Source of the DNA: Bacteroidales bacterium
GTDB lineage: Bacteria; Bacteroidota; Bacteroidia; Bacteroidales; JAUNSR01
DNA length: 64,000 bases
Direction of reading: 5' to 3'
Assembly: GCA_036655355.1 (NCBI GenBank)
Contig: JAVVQG010000001.1
Location: forward strand, 280,045 to 344,044
Shown: piece after piece, positions 25,271 to 37,795 of the stretch
Position numbering within the stretch: the first letter of the stretch is position 1
Layout of the letters: each line of letters opens with the position of its first letter
Made by a program: the position numbers and the translations under genes
The notes under the pieces: generated by a model
Database searches by the model: none
Told to the model about the DNA's origin: nothing
The model's input: only the letters and a program-made list of their open reading frames with translations

Positions 25271-27051
25271 AATGAGTTTACATATTCGGTTAATTCATCT
25301 AGCTCTTTCTCTGAAATCTTCGAATCGACTCCATGTTTGTGTATTTTGAATACATCCTTCAGCGTAGCTGCTCGTCCGTCGAACAGATAAGGTGCCGTTC
25401 GCCAAACCTCTACAAGCGTAGGGGTATCCCACCCTTTTTCAAATTCAACGTCATCGCCGATTCGGTGCATCTGCATGTCGGTATAGTACGGTCCGGAGTG
25501 ACAACTTGCGCAATTCAGCTTATCAAAGACCTTTCTTCCCTTTTTCGCCTTCTCACTCAGTTCTCCGTTCACGAGCCATGGACTTGGTACGGGACGCAAT
25601 GCACGCAGGTAGTCATCCACGCAGGTAGCCATATCTTCCGGGCACTCTGCGAACTGAATGTGCGTAAATCCTTTTCGCACCGCTGTTTCCGCTTTGTCAC
25701 GGATTCCGGAAATCATAGCCGGAGGCGTCACATGTGAATAAAGCATGCTTTTACAGTTCTTTGAATTACCCAATCCGTCATTCAGCAGATCCCAATTCAT
25801 ACCGTCCGTTCGGGCATCGCCAGGATGGCAACCGTTACAGGACTGCCAGTTCTGAAAACAATACGCAGCATCGTTGAAATACTTCTCGCCCTTCATCTCA
25901 CGCGATTCTTGACGGTTTTCCACGAGTGCAAAACTCGAAAGGGATTTATCTCCAAGGGAGAGCAGGTTCATATCGTCAGAAAAATAGGACGGCACGATGG
26001 CGGTATTCTCTTTTATGATGAATTGACGGGGACCATTTCCTTTCAAGGTGATCCGATCCCGCAGACCGTAAAGAAAACGCAGGTCGTAGGCCAACGCCTC
26101 TTTCTCTGCATGCGCCTCAAAGCGACGGATGAACTCCGGATAATCCACCAGACTCACCTCATGTGTTCCCGAATGTGTAATCACAACTTTCTCCGGCGTA
26201 CATGCGATGCCCCAGATTCCCGCGGCTCCTCTTTCAGGCTCATCAAGCAATACCGTACCCTGATGCATCATACGCTCCACATCGATGATACTCATGGCGC
26301 TGGTGTTCATCCACCCTTGCTGCAACTGATTCGTCGGCACTTGAAAGCGGCCCAGGTTATGCGTAACGAATACGTACTTTCCATCGGGACTAAGGCAAAT
26401 CCCCCGAAGCGCATTACTTCCGTTATAAAGTTGTATATCTTTTATCTTTTTGAAACTCTTCAGATCGATTACCGAAACACAAGCCGCTACCGTATCCACA
26501 TCCGCTCGCTGTGCCGGCAGGAAATTTGTCACAAACAAGTATTTCCCACTTTTATCGATCACAGCCCCCTTGGGCTCGCGCAATACATCAACTTCTCGCG
26601 ACACCTTCATTCGCTGTAAATCAACCTCCTGCACATTGTTGGAAAATTGATTCAAAACATACAATTTCTGATCCTTCCCGTTGTAAACGGGCGTGTTGGT
26701 GCCGCTTTTGGTGGCAATTCGGCTTTTGATATTCCCTTGCTTATCCAATACAAGCAATTCGCCGCTCTTTTCAAAAAGGGTCACATAAATATCCTCCTGA
26801 CCATACGCTACGCCGGTAGGAACCTGATCGAAGTTCACTTCAAACTGTATCTCTGAGAAATCGGGGGTATAAACGGTCGCTCGCTTCGTAAGCTTCTCCG
26901 TAACTACGATATTACCATCGGGCAAAGCGGTGAGATCCGTTATAGAAAGAGGTGTCTCGCTTCTTTTTGCTTTCACGCCGGCCAGGGTACCGGAAGCCAG
27001 AGAACAAAAAAACAAGACCCCTATCGTGCGGTAAAAAATAGAGTTTCTCAT
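25267..27051 (-). CDS. exported beta-propeller (YVTN-type) fused to a di-heme cytochrome c peroxidase/MauG-like domain
   Basis: Signal peptide present. Propeller repeats include LYVLNQFSNNV, YLFVTNFL and YVFVTHNLG. CNGCH lies at nt 25825-25839 and CASCH at nt 25498-25512. The segment WDTPTLVEVWRTAPYLFDGRAATL is CCP-like. Confidence 0.75.
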   Translation of the reverse strand: MRNSIFYRTIGVLFFCSLASGTLAGVKAKRSETPLSITDLTALPDGNIVVTEKLTKRATVYTPDFSEIQFEVNFDQVPTGVAYGQEDIYVTLFEKSGELLVLDKQGNIKSRIATKSGTNTPVYNGKDQKLYVLNQFSNNVQEVDLQRMKVSREVDVLREPKGAVIDKSGKYLFVTNFLPAQRADVDTVAACVSVIDLKSFKKIKDIQLYNGSNALRGICLSPDGKYVFVTHNLGRFQVPTNQLQQGWMNTSAMSIIDVERMMHQGTVLLDEPERGAAGIWGIACTPEKVVITHSGTHEVSLVDYPEFIRRFEAHAEKEALAYDLRFLYGLRDRITLKGNGPRQFIIKENTAIVPSYFSDDMNLLSLGDKSLSSFALVENRQESREMKGEKYFNDAAYCFQNWQSCNGCHPGDARTDGMNWDLLNDGLGNSKNCKSMLYSHVTPPAMISGIRDKAETAVRKGFTHIQFAECPEDMATCVDDYLRALRPVPSPWLVNGELSEKAKKGRKVFDKLNCASCHSGPYYTDMQMHRIGDDVEFEKGWDTPTLVEVWRTAPYLFDGRAATLKDVFKIHKHGVDSKISEKELDELTEYVNSL

Positions 27052-27078
27052 TTGTATTATAATCTAATTTTTAACATC

Positions 27079-27135
27079 AAGGTCAGATGCGTCATCCTCA
27101 TTTCGTCAGGTCGGATATCTCCTCTTCCGCTAAGG
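27079..27135 (-). promoter_or_regulatory. recurrent leader cassette, copy C (head of the 17 kb cluster)
   Basis: Gene-sense AGGATGACGCATCTGACCTT lies 27 nt before the ATG at 27051. The upstream part, GAGATATCC...GGAT, is alignable with copies A and G. Confidence 0.55.
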
Positions 27136-27160
27136 GATGGCTTTTATATAAGGTTAATGT

Positions 27161-27195
27161 TTTTCGTATTTGAAATTACTTTTCATATACGAAAA
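27161..27195. promoter_or_regulatory. 35-bp near-perfect palindrome, candidate operator
   Basis: TTTTCGTATTTGAAA-ttact-TTTCATATACGAAAA has 15-bp arms with one mismatch. It lies in the divergent region between the IclR gene and the cluster. Confidence 0.5.
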
Positions 27196-27209
27196 CAAAT
27201 ATATGTATA

Positions 27210-27217
27210 TATCTTTG
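27210..27217 (+). promoter_or_regulatory. Bacteroidota -7 promoter box (TAnnTTTG)
   Basis: TATCTTTG lies about 100 nt upstream of the IclR-family gene. Confidence 0.35.
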
Positions 27218-27316
27218 TAAAATAAATCATCCGAATTATAATTTTAGATATTATTATCATATTTTTATCGGTTGTGTACGTAAACCCAAAGCAGGTATAT
27301 TCAATAAAAACAAATT

Positions 27317-28132
27317 ATGATGAAAGAAGCGCAAACTGAAGAACTTCAGGAAATAAGTCACGAGGTTGAGAATACCTACAATGTACCGAATCTGGAAAAA
27401 GGACTTCTCGTACTGGAATTGCTTTCTGAGTCGGGAAACGGGCTCACCTTACAGGAGGTGCGCAACTCTCTGAAAATCTCCCTGACCACCGCCTACCGTA
27501 TTTTAAACACGTTGGTGCGCATGGAATACCTCATGTATCAGGAAAGCACAAAAAAATACATACTCTCTAGAAAAATGCTCACAATCGGATTCCGCTCCAT
27601 CCATGAACACAACGTGATGGACCTGATACTTCCACGCATGAGAGAACTTCGGGATGAGATCAAGGAATCGGTTTTCTTCGGCGTATTAGGACAAGACAGC
27701 ATTACGGTGCTTGAAAAAAGCGTCGGAACGTATGCGTTCTGCTTTTATCTGAATTCGGGACATAAAGTGGCCTTACACTGTTCTGCTCCCGGAAAGGCGA
27801 TGCTTGCGGCTTTACCGGCCGACATACGTGATCAGTACCTCTCCAGGATCAAATTTGAGATCCATAACGAAAACACCATTTCCAATCGCGAGCAACTTGA
27901 GAAAGAGTTGGAGGTCACATTACAGAGAGGCTATGGATTGGATTTGGAAGAAGAGATGAGCGGAGTGATCTGCATTGGCGCCGCTATTCTTGATTTTGCG
28001 GGATTGCCTTGCGGATGTTTGTGGACTTCGGCACCGAAAGACCGCATGAAACAACGCAACATCGAAAAGATCGGGAAGCAATTAGGAAAGATTACCCGTG
28101 AAATATCGATGGAGTTGGGATATCAGAAATAG
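27317..28132 (+). CDS. IclR-family transcriptional regulator
   Basis: N-terminal winged HTH (LTLQEVRNSLKISLTTAYRILNTLV) followed by an IclR effector domain (GYGLDLEEEMSGVICIGAAI). Confidence 0.8.
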   Translation: MMKEAQTEELQEISHEVENTYNVPNLEKGLLVLELLSESGNGLTLQEVRNSLKISLTTAYRILNTLVRMEYLMYQESTKKYILSRKMLTIGFRSIHEHNVMDLILPRMRELRDEIKESVFFGVLGQDSITVLEKSVGTYAFCFYLNSGHKVALHCSAPGKAMLAALPADIRDQYLSRIKFEIHNENTISNREQLEKELEVTLQRGYGLDLEEEMSGVICIGAAILDFAGLPCGCLWTSAPKDRMKQRNIEKIGKQLGKITREISMELGYQK

Positions 28133-28159
28133 TCGTTCCATTCATTTAGAAACAAAAAA

Positions 28160-28209
28160 AGGGGATATTTTCGAGAGCGATTGAATTCGCTTCGAAAATA
28201 TCCCCTTTT
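28160..28209. terminator. bidirectional intrinsic terminator
   Basis: 14-bp arms GGGGATATTTTCGA / TCGAAAATATCCCC, flanked by an A-run and a T-run. It lies between convergent genes. Confidence 0.75.
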
Positions 28210-28232
28210 TAGGAAATTCTCATCGGAATAAA

Positions 28233-31949
<3,717 letters not shown>

Positions 31950-32101
31950 TTAGCGGAATTGCAAATATACTTGAAAATATGCGAGAAACATATTTTTTGA
32001 CAAACACGCGTGCGCCGTCATAGCCCCTGAAACAAGAAAAGAGCCTGCAATCCATTGATTACAGACTCCTTCACTTGTATATAGCTTATTCATTTAACGC
32101 G

Positions 32102-32121
32102 AATGTCAAATGCACCATCGA
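32102..32121 (-). promoter_or_regulatory. recurrent leader cassette, copy D (orphan)
   Basis: Gene-sense TCGATGGTGCATTTGACATT lies 27 nt before a GTG at 32074. That GTG opens only an 18-codon ORF (32018-32074). Confidence 0.5.
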
Positions 32122-32125
32122 TCGA

Positions 32126-33775
32126 TTACAGAGCTGCCTGCGTTTCGCCGGTATACCCTTCATCCAAATCCTCGTATTGCTCCTGCAATTCCAACAATTT
32201 CTTTTTCATATGGGCTGCGATTTCCTGAGAAGCCGGATCGTTGTAAAGATTTTTCATCTCCTGCGGATCCTGTGCCATATCATAAAGTTCCCACTCATCG
32301 ATATCGTTGTAGAAATGGATCAGTTTATAACGATCCGTTCTTACGCCCACCTGTCTTTTCACTGCATGTTCCGAAGGATATTCATAGAAATGATAATATA
32401 CCGCATCGCGCCAGTCCGCCGGTTTCTCTCCGTTTGTCGATTCAAGCACCGGACGCAAAGACACACCCTGGATATCTTCCGGAATCGGCACACCCGCATA
32501 ATCAAGGAATGTTGGTGCGAAGTCCACATTCATCGCCAAAGCTGAAGTTTGTGTTCCCGCTTTGATTTTTGCCGGATAGCGAACCAAAAGAGGCGTGCTG
32601 TAAGATTCTTCATACATGAATCGCTTGTCGAACCAACCGTGTTCGCCAAGATAGAATCCCTGATCGGAAGTGTAGATAATAATGGTATTATCCAGTTCTC
32701 CGGTCTCCTCGAGGTGATCCAACAACCTACCCACGTTTTCATCCATCGCAACAACAGTTGCACAATAGTCGCGCATGTACTGCTGATATTTCCAACGAAC
32801 AAGCTCTTCATGAGACATCTCGTTATTTTCATACTCTTTGTGACGACCTTCCAATGATTTATTCCAGATTGCCTTCTCCTCTTCGCTCATGCGGTTATAG
32901 GCACTCTGATAAGATTTCGCATCCCATTGACGTGCTTTCCAAGGACCTACGTTTTCTTCATTCGCTTTGGCATAGATCAACTGCGGATCATCGGTAGCCA
33001 ACTGATCGCCGGTTACGAGCTTCAAATCCCAACCTTCACGGAAGTGGCGGTCTAACTCCATTTCCTGTTCGCGGGCAGCTCTGCCTCGTGTTTCATAATC
33101 GTCAAACAGGTTTGCCGGTTCCGGGAACACCTTATCGTTGAACATACCCATGTGGCGTGGTGCAGGCAACCAGTTACGGTGCGGTGCCTTGTGGTAATAC
33201 ATCAGGGCGAAAGGTTTTTCTTTATCGGCACGCGAATCGAGCCAGTTGATGGTTTTATCCGTAATCACATCGGTCACATACCCTTCGGACGGTGTTTTCT
33301 CACCATCGACGATAAATGTAGAGTTGAAATAATCACCCTGACCGATCAGGATTTCGTAATGGTCGAATCCCTGAGGAAGCGAAGACAAATGCCACTTTCC
33401 GATTACGGCTGTTTCATAACCCGCATTCTGCAACAGTTTCGGATAGGTCTGCTGGTCGCCGTTAAATACTTTACCATTGTCGGTAAAACCATTTTTATGA
33501 CTGAACTTACCGGTAATGATACAGGCACGTGAAGGGCCCGAGATCGAGTTCGCCACATAGCAATTATTGAATAACATCCCCTCTTTCGCCAAGCGGTCAA
33601 GGTTCGGGGTATCCACCAGCTTACTGCCATAGCAGCTCATCGCCTGTCTGGTGTGGTCATCAGCCATCATGATGATGATGTTTGGCTTTTTCTCCTCTTT
33701 CTTCTCTGTAGCGCACCCCGTCAATGAAGATACTCCGGCGACAGATAAACACAATAGATTGAATTTTCTATTCAT
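32126..33775 (-). CDS. exported S1-family sulfatase, Ser-type formylglycine motif
   Basis: Lipoprotein-like signal LTGC; MMADDH; FGly motif S-G-P-S-R (SISGPSRACIITGKF); GKWHL; SDQG. Confidence 0.85.
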   Translation of the reverse strand: MNRKFNLLCLSVAGVSSLTGCATEKKEEKKPNIIIMMADDHTRQAMSCYGSKLVDTPNLDRLAKEGMLFNNCYVANSISGPSRACIITGKFSHKNGFTDNGKVFNGDQQTYPKLLQNAGYETAVIGKWHLSSLPQGFDHYEILIGQGDYFNSTFIVDGEKTPSEGYVTDVITDKTINWLDSRADKEKPFALMYYHKAPHRNWLPAPRHMGMFNDKVFPEPANLFDDYETRGRAAREQEMELDRHFREGWDLKLVTGDQLATDDPQLIYAKANEENVGPWKARQWDAKSYQSAYNRMSEEEKAIWNKSLEGRHKEYENNEMSHEELVRWKYQQYMRDYCATVVAMDENVGRLLDHLEETGELDNTIIIYTSDQGFYLGEHGWFDKRFMYEESYSTPLLVRYPAKIKAGTQTSALAMNVDFAPTFLDYAGVPIPEDIQGVSLRPVLESTNGEKPADWRDAVYYHFYEYPSEHAVKRQVGVRTDRYKLIHFYNDIDEWELYDMAQDPQEMKNLYNDPASQEIAAHMKKKLLELQEQYEDLDEGYTGETQAAL

Positions 33776-33935
33776 CTGAATAATGTAGGTTAAACATGAG
33801 AAAACCTTCCGGATTCACCGTCAGAGACGATTTCCCCGGAAGATTCTCTCTTATCATGGATTAATAATAGGTGTTTTATAAAAAATATCTAAAGGATAGT
33901 CCTCGAAGGATTTAAAAATATTTTTAATAATGACT

Positions 33936-33943
33936 CAAAAGTA
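33936..33943 (-). promoter_or_regulatory. Bacteroidota -7 promoter box (TAnnTTTG)
   Basis: TACTTTTG on the minus strand lies about 160 nt upstream of the sulfatase ATG. The implied leader contains the hairpin CTTCCGG...CCGGAAG (about 33806-33850). Confidence 0.35.
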
Positions 33944-33981
33944 TATAATATAAACCAATATGCCAACTTTGATCCACTCGC

Positions 33982-35010
33982 TTATTTGATTCGGAATTTC
34001 ACCCATACGCCTTTGTGATCCGTGGGCCATACTCCCGCCGGAAGCAGAAACGGATCTTTCGATACTTCTGCTACGCGCTGACTGCGCACGATTGAGGAAG
34101 CGGGACCATAGACTTTCGCATCAATCGCTTTCATTCCTTTTCCACGGTAATAGATAAAATCGATTCGGTCTCTTTCATCCGCCTTGGGAGCCCAGGTCAG
34201 TTTTTTCACTTCCGCCAGTTCATTATCGGAAGGATATGTAAATCCGGGATGCGTCACCGGATTAGGCCAAACCACGCGATAAGCATCTTTGTAACCGGCA
34301 GCGCTCAATGCTGTGGAAACAGTCCAGGGAATCACCATGCCGTTGTGATCATAGCGATTCCGCATTTTCTTATTCCAGTCCAAATGAGACGGCTCATTGA
34401 AATCACCTCCGATGATCACACAATTACCTTCAGCAAGATCACGCTTCGCCTCGGTTATGAAGGCTAAGATGGCATCATCGCGCAACGAAGCGGTATTTAC
34501 GTCAAGCACCTCCTTTACCGTCTGCGGTTTGGGAATCTCCTTCCAACTTGAACCGTCGTATCCGCGTACATTGTAGTAGGCGCAATTCAAGTAATCAAGG
34601 TGCCCGGTATATACCGAAATTTTTCGTTCATTAACCTGTGCGGTCAGTTTGTAGATACTACCATGATCATCCTTTTCAGGATATACGGTCATTGAGTCGA
34701 GTATGGGATAGCGACTCAGCAATCCCGAATCGTAAGAGTAAAAACTATAATATTCCTCCCCTTTGGCACGCAGAGAAGCCACCAAACGCTCATTGAAGCG
34801 GGTCTGCTTGTAATTGCGTACTTCACTGAACGTTACGAAATCGGGTTTTAATCGCACAATTTCATCCACGATAGCGTCATATCCGCCGGGAATCGTCGTT
34901 CCCTCCTGCCAGATATTCCACTGAAGAACAGTAATTTCAAAAGGTTTATTTGCCAGGATATACGGGAAACAGAGAAAGATAAAAAGCAAAGATGCAAGTG
35001 TTTTTTTCAT
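33982..35010 (-). CDS. exported endonuclease/exonuclease/phosphatase (EEP) family protein
   Basis: Signal peptide present. EEP motifs are LQWNIW, TFSEV, GGDFNEPSHLDW and DRIDFIY. Confidence 0.7.
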   Translation of the reverse strand: MKKTLASLLFIFLCFPYILANKPFEITVLQWNIWQEGTTIPGGYDAIVDEIVRLKPDFVTFSEVRNYKQTRFNERLVASLRAKGEEYYSFYSYDSGLLSRYPILDSMTVYPEKDDHGSIYKLTAQVNERKISVYTGHLDYLNCAYYNVRGYDGSSWKEIPKPQTVKEVLDVNTASLRDDAILAFITEAKRDLAEGNCVIIGGDFNEPSHLDWNKKMRNRYDHNGMVIPWTVSTALSAAGYKDAYRVVWPNPVTHPGFTYPSDNELAEVKKLTWAPKADERDRIDFIYYRGKGMKAIDAKVYGPASSIVRSQRVAEVSKDPFLLPAGVWPTDHKGVWVKFRIK

Positions 35011-35063
35011 GTATGTATCGATTTAGATTCAGCGGCCTGCAAGTTATTACAAATTATCTGATT

Positions 35064-36692
35064 TCACAATCGCAACACAGCAGGAGACACTTGTCTGATT
35101 CGGGCAGTGATCCAAAGAATGGCGCCAATCATGAGAGCGATTCCGATGAAGGAACCGTAAGGCAACATGGTGATTAGGAACTGCAAGGTGCACAAAACGC
35201 CGATAATAAGGATATTGATAAGCCCTTTCACGGTGTATTCTCCTTTTAAACCCTGTGGCGTATAAATGGAGAAAGGAAAAGCGAAGTTCGTATACCTGAA
35301 ATACACCAAGCCGTAAAACAAAAGAAGTAGCAGACAGAACAACACGGATGGTAAAAACGACACCCCTTTCCAATAAAGAGAGGGTATTGTCAGCACGATG
35401 ACAAATGGAATGAAATATTTCAAAAAAACCGCCTTAAAGCAACCAAGTAAATATTTACCCGGCGTAATGAGCGGCCGCGAAATGTAGATCTCAGATATGT
35501 GCTCCTTGTCTGTAATAGTCAAGGCATCGTAAGCTAAAAGGACTGCCCACCCTGCAAAATAAAGAGGAGCAAGCAAGAAAAACACTCTGATATCCTCACC
35601 CTTAGCACCCGGATTATTCCTGAATAATTCATTGTATAACATGAAAACGTCCATCATTACCACGTACAGAAACATCGGTAAAATGGTTTGCTTGAATTTC
35701 AGATTCGTCGCCGTAAGTTTCCATGTTAATATAAAGCCTCCTCTTTCCTGTCCCTTACGTGTAAAAAGGCGTGCAAGCACCAACATCACGGCACTATCCT
35801 TGCGCAGGATATGCGTTCCGACATGCGTTATTCCGGAGGTTCTTTGCATCAAATCGCCCGAAGTGACGCGCACGTTTAATAACAACAAGACGCCGGTGGC
35901 AACCAAACCGGTCAAAATCAGAAAGAGAAGCTGCGAACTGCTTTCAATCATCACCATCGGTATCGCCGAGAACCAAACAGACGGAATAAGCCACAGCCAC
36001 CACGAAGCACCCTCCGCCAGACTGAAGGACTCAAATACCGTGTCTCGCCCAATAACCTGATAACTCATCATCACGGCAACCATCAGTACGATCTGAATGT
36101 ATGCGGCAATCTTTTCGAACTTCGCCGGAGCAACCAATCTGATGATCAGCAAATAAAACAGGTTGGCTAAGAACAGCGAAAAGCACCCCAAGAAAAACAT
36201 GCCGACAAGAAACATCAATGCCGTTCCGATAGTGGACACAACGGCAATCATGATCATCGGCAAAACGCACATACTCAGCACAAGGACGGCGATGTAGCCG
36301 ATCATCGACGTTAATCGCGATGCCATCAACGTGACACTGCTGACCGGAAATCGTTCGATCAGTTCATTCTCGGTTTTATTAAAATACAAATAGGGGTATT
36401 CGGTCATGTAGGTCATGATGGTAAGAATCATGATCAAAGAGGCATAAATCAGAATCGCGACCGAAAGTTGATTGTTAATCAACAAGATCAGGAACATCAA
36501 GGGGGTCAGCAAAGAGGAAAAAAGCAGTTGCTTTTTGAACGACTTGCGGCCACCCGATTTGTTATTCTCGGCGATGCGATCTCCTACGGTGATCTTCGTT
36601 GACACCAATAAAATTAACTGCTCCATGTTTACACCGAGTGACCGGTAGAGCGGCGTTAGCAACCGGATGATTTTTTCTATGTATTTGTTCAT
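35064..36692 (-). CDS. polytopic membrane protein, probable permease partner of the upstream ABC ATPase
   Basis: 542-aa ORF with more than 10 hydrophobic helices. It lies 42 nt downstream of the ATPase gene on the same strand. Confidence 0.55.
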   Translation of the reverse strand: MNKYIEKIIRLLTPLYRSLGVNMEQLILLVSTKITVGDRIAENNKSGGRKSFKKQLLFSSLLTPLMFLILLINNQLSVAILIYASLIMILTIMTYMTEYPYLYFNKTENELIERFPVSSVTLMASRLTSMIGYIAVLVLSMCVLPMIMIAVVSTIGTALMFLVGMFFLGCFSLFLANLFYLLIIRLVAPAKFEKIAAYIQIVLMVAVMMSYQVIGRDTVFESFSLAEGASWWLWLIPSVWFSAIPMVMIESSSQLLFLILTGLVATGVLLLLNVRVTSGDLMQRTSGITHVGTHILRKDSAVMLVLARLFTRKGQERGGFILTWKLTATNLKFKQTILPMFLYVVMMDVFMLYNELFRNNPGAKGEDIRVFFLLAPLYFAGWAVLLAYDALTITDKEHISEIYISRPLITPGKYLLGCFKAVFLKYFIPFVIVLTIPSLYWKGVSFLPSVLFCLLLLLFYGLVYFRYTNFAFPFSIYTPQGLKGEYTVKGLINILIIGVLCTLQFLITMLPYGSFIGIALMIGAILWITARIRQVSPAVLRL

Positions 36693-36734
36693 CGTAATTC
36701 GTATGAGAGAATAAATATTCGAGGAGGGTTAAAA

Positions 36735-37517
36735 TCACTCGGCAATTGCTGCCGAGACAGGTTCTGCACCTATTTTCTCGTGACGGGTCATTTTGGAGAA
36801 AAGTTCTTCCAACGTCTTCACGTCCGCTCCTTTTCTTAACTCCTCGAATGTGCCGTTGGCCACGATGTGTCCCTGATCCAACAAGATGATACGGGTAGCC
36901 ACCTTCTCCACCACATCCATTAGGTGCGAGCAATAAAAGATGGTCTTCCCCTGCCCTACCAGTTTAACAATCAACTCTTTCATCAAAATCACAGCGTTGG
37001 CATCCAAACCGTTGAGCGGCTCATCCATGAATATGATTTCAGGATCATTCAACAATCCCGAAATGATGTGGATCTTTTGTTTCATCCCCTTCGAAAAACT
37101 ATCCATGGCATGATTCTTAACCCCTTCCATATCAAAAAGCGTAAGGTATTCATTGATCTTTGACTCAGCCACAGCACTTTCAATCTCATATAAAGAAGCG
37201 ATGAAAGAGAGGTATTCCCACGGAGAAAGCTGCTCATACATCACAGCGGTTTCCGGAATATACCCCACTCGGCGTTTAATTTCCAAGGCATTCCCCTCCA
37301 AAGGAATTCCCATGACTGATATCTCTCCGCGATAATCAGGCAAAATCCCACACATAATTTTCACGGTTGTACTTTTCCCGGCTCCATTTCCTCCGAGATA
37401 ACCGATTACTTCGCCCGGATATACTTCGAAATCGATTCCCTTCAACACTTTTTTCTCCTGATTATTATTCTGAAAACTCTTTGTGAGGGCCTTGACTTTT
37501 AATATGGGTTCTCTCAT
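36735..37517 (-). CDS. ABC transporter ATP-binding protein
   Basis: Walker A GGNGAGKST, signature FSKGMKQK, Walker B IIFMDEP and an H-loop CSH. Confidence 0.85.
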   Translation of the reverse strand: MREPILKVKALTKSFQNNNQEKKVLKGIDFEVYPGEVIGYLGGNGAGKSTTVKIMCGILPDYRGEISVMGIPLEGNALEIKRRVGYIPETAVMYEQLSPWEYLSFIASLYEIESAVAESKINEYLTLFDMEGVKNHAMDSFSKGMKQKIHIISGLLNDPEIIFMDEPLNGLDANAVILMKELIVKLVGQGKTIFYCSHLMDVVEKVATRIILLDQGHIVANGTFEELRKGADVKTLEELFSKMTRHEKIGAEPVSAAIAE

Positions 37518-37543
37518 TTGTATATTGTTTATTTTTTAATTTT

Positions 37544-37563
37544 AAGGACATATTCGTTCTCAA
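37544..37563 (-). promoter_or_regulatory. diverged copy E of the recurrent leader cassette
   Basis: The first 17 nt upstream of the start codon are identical to copy B (CATTTGTATATTGTTTA on the plus strand). The core, AAGGACATATTCGTTCTC, matches about 12 of 18 positions at the same 26-nt offset. Confidence 0.35.
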
Positions 37564-37795
37564 CCGAGCCTATTGTCATCGCAGGATTCAAATATACTTA
37601 TTTTACATTTATAAGTTAATTTTTACACTGAATAATCATCCAATCTGCTACCAAACGCACACGGTAGCAGTTATTTAATAAAATATTTAAATACATTTCG
37701 TAACAAATCTCTCTGAAATAGCGTATCTTTAATCCATATAAAAATCGCTCTGCCTGAATAAAAAATGCGGAGACCTTCAATTTAATGACAGCAGG

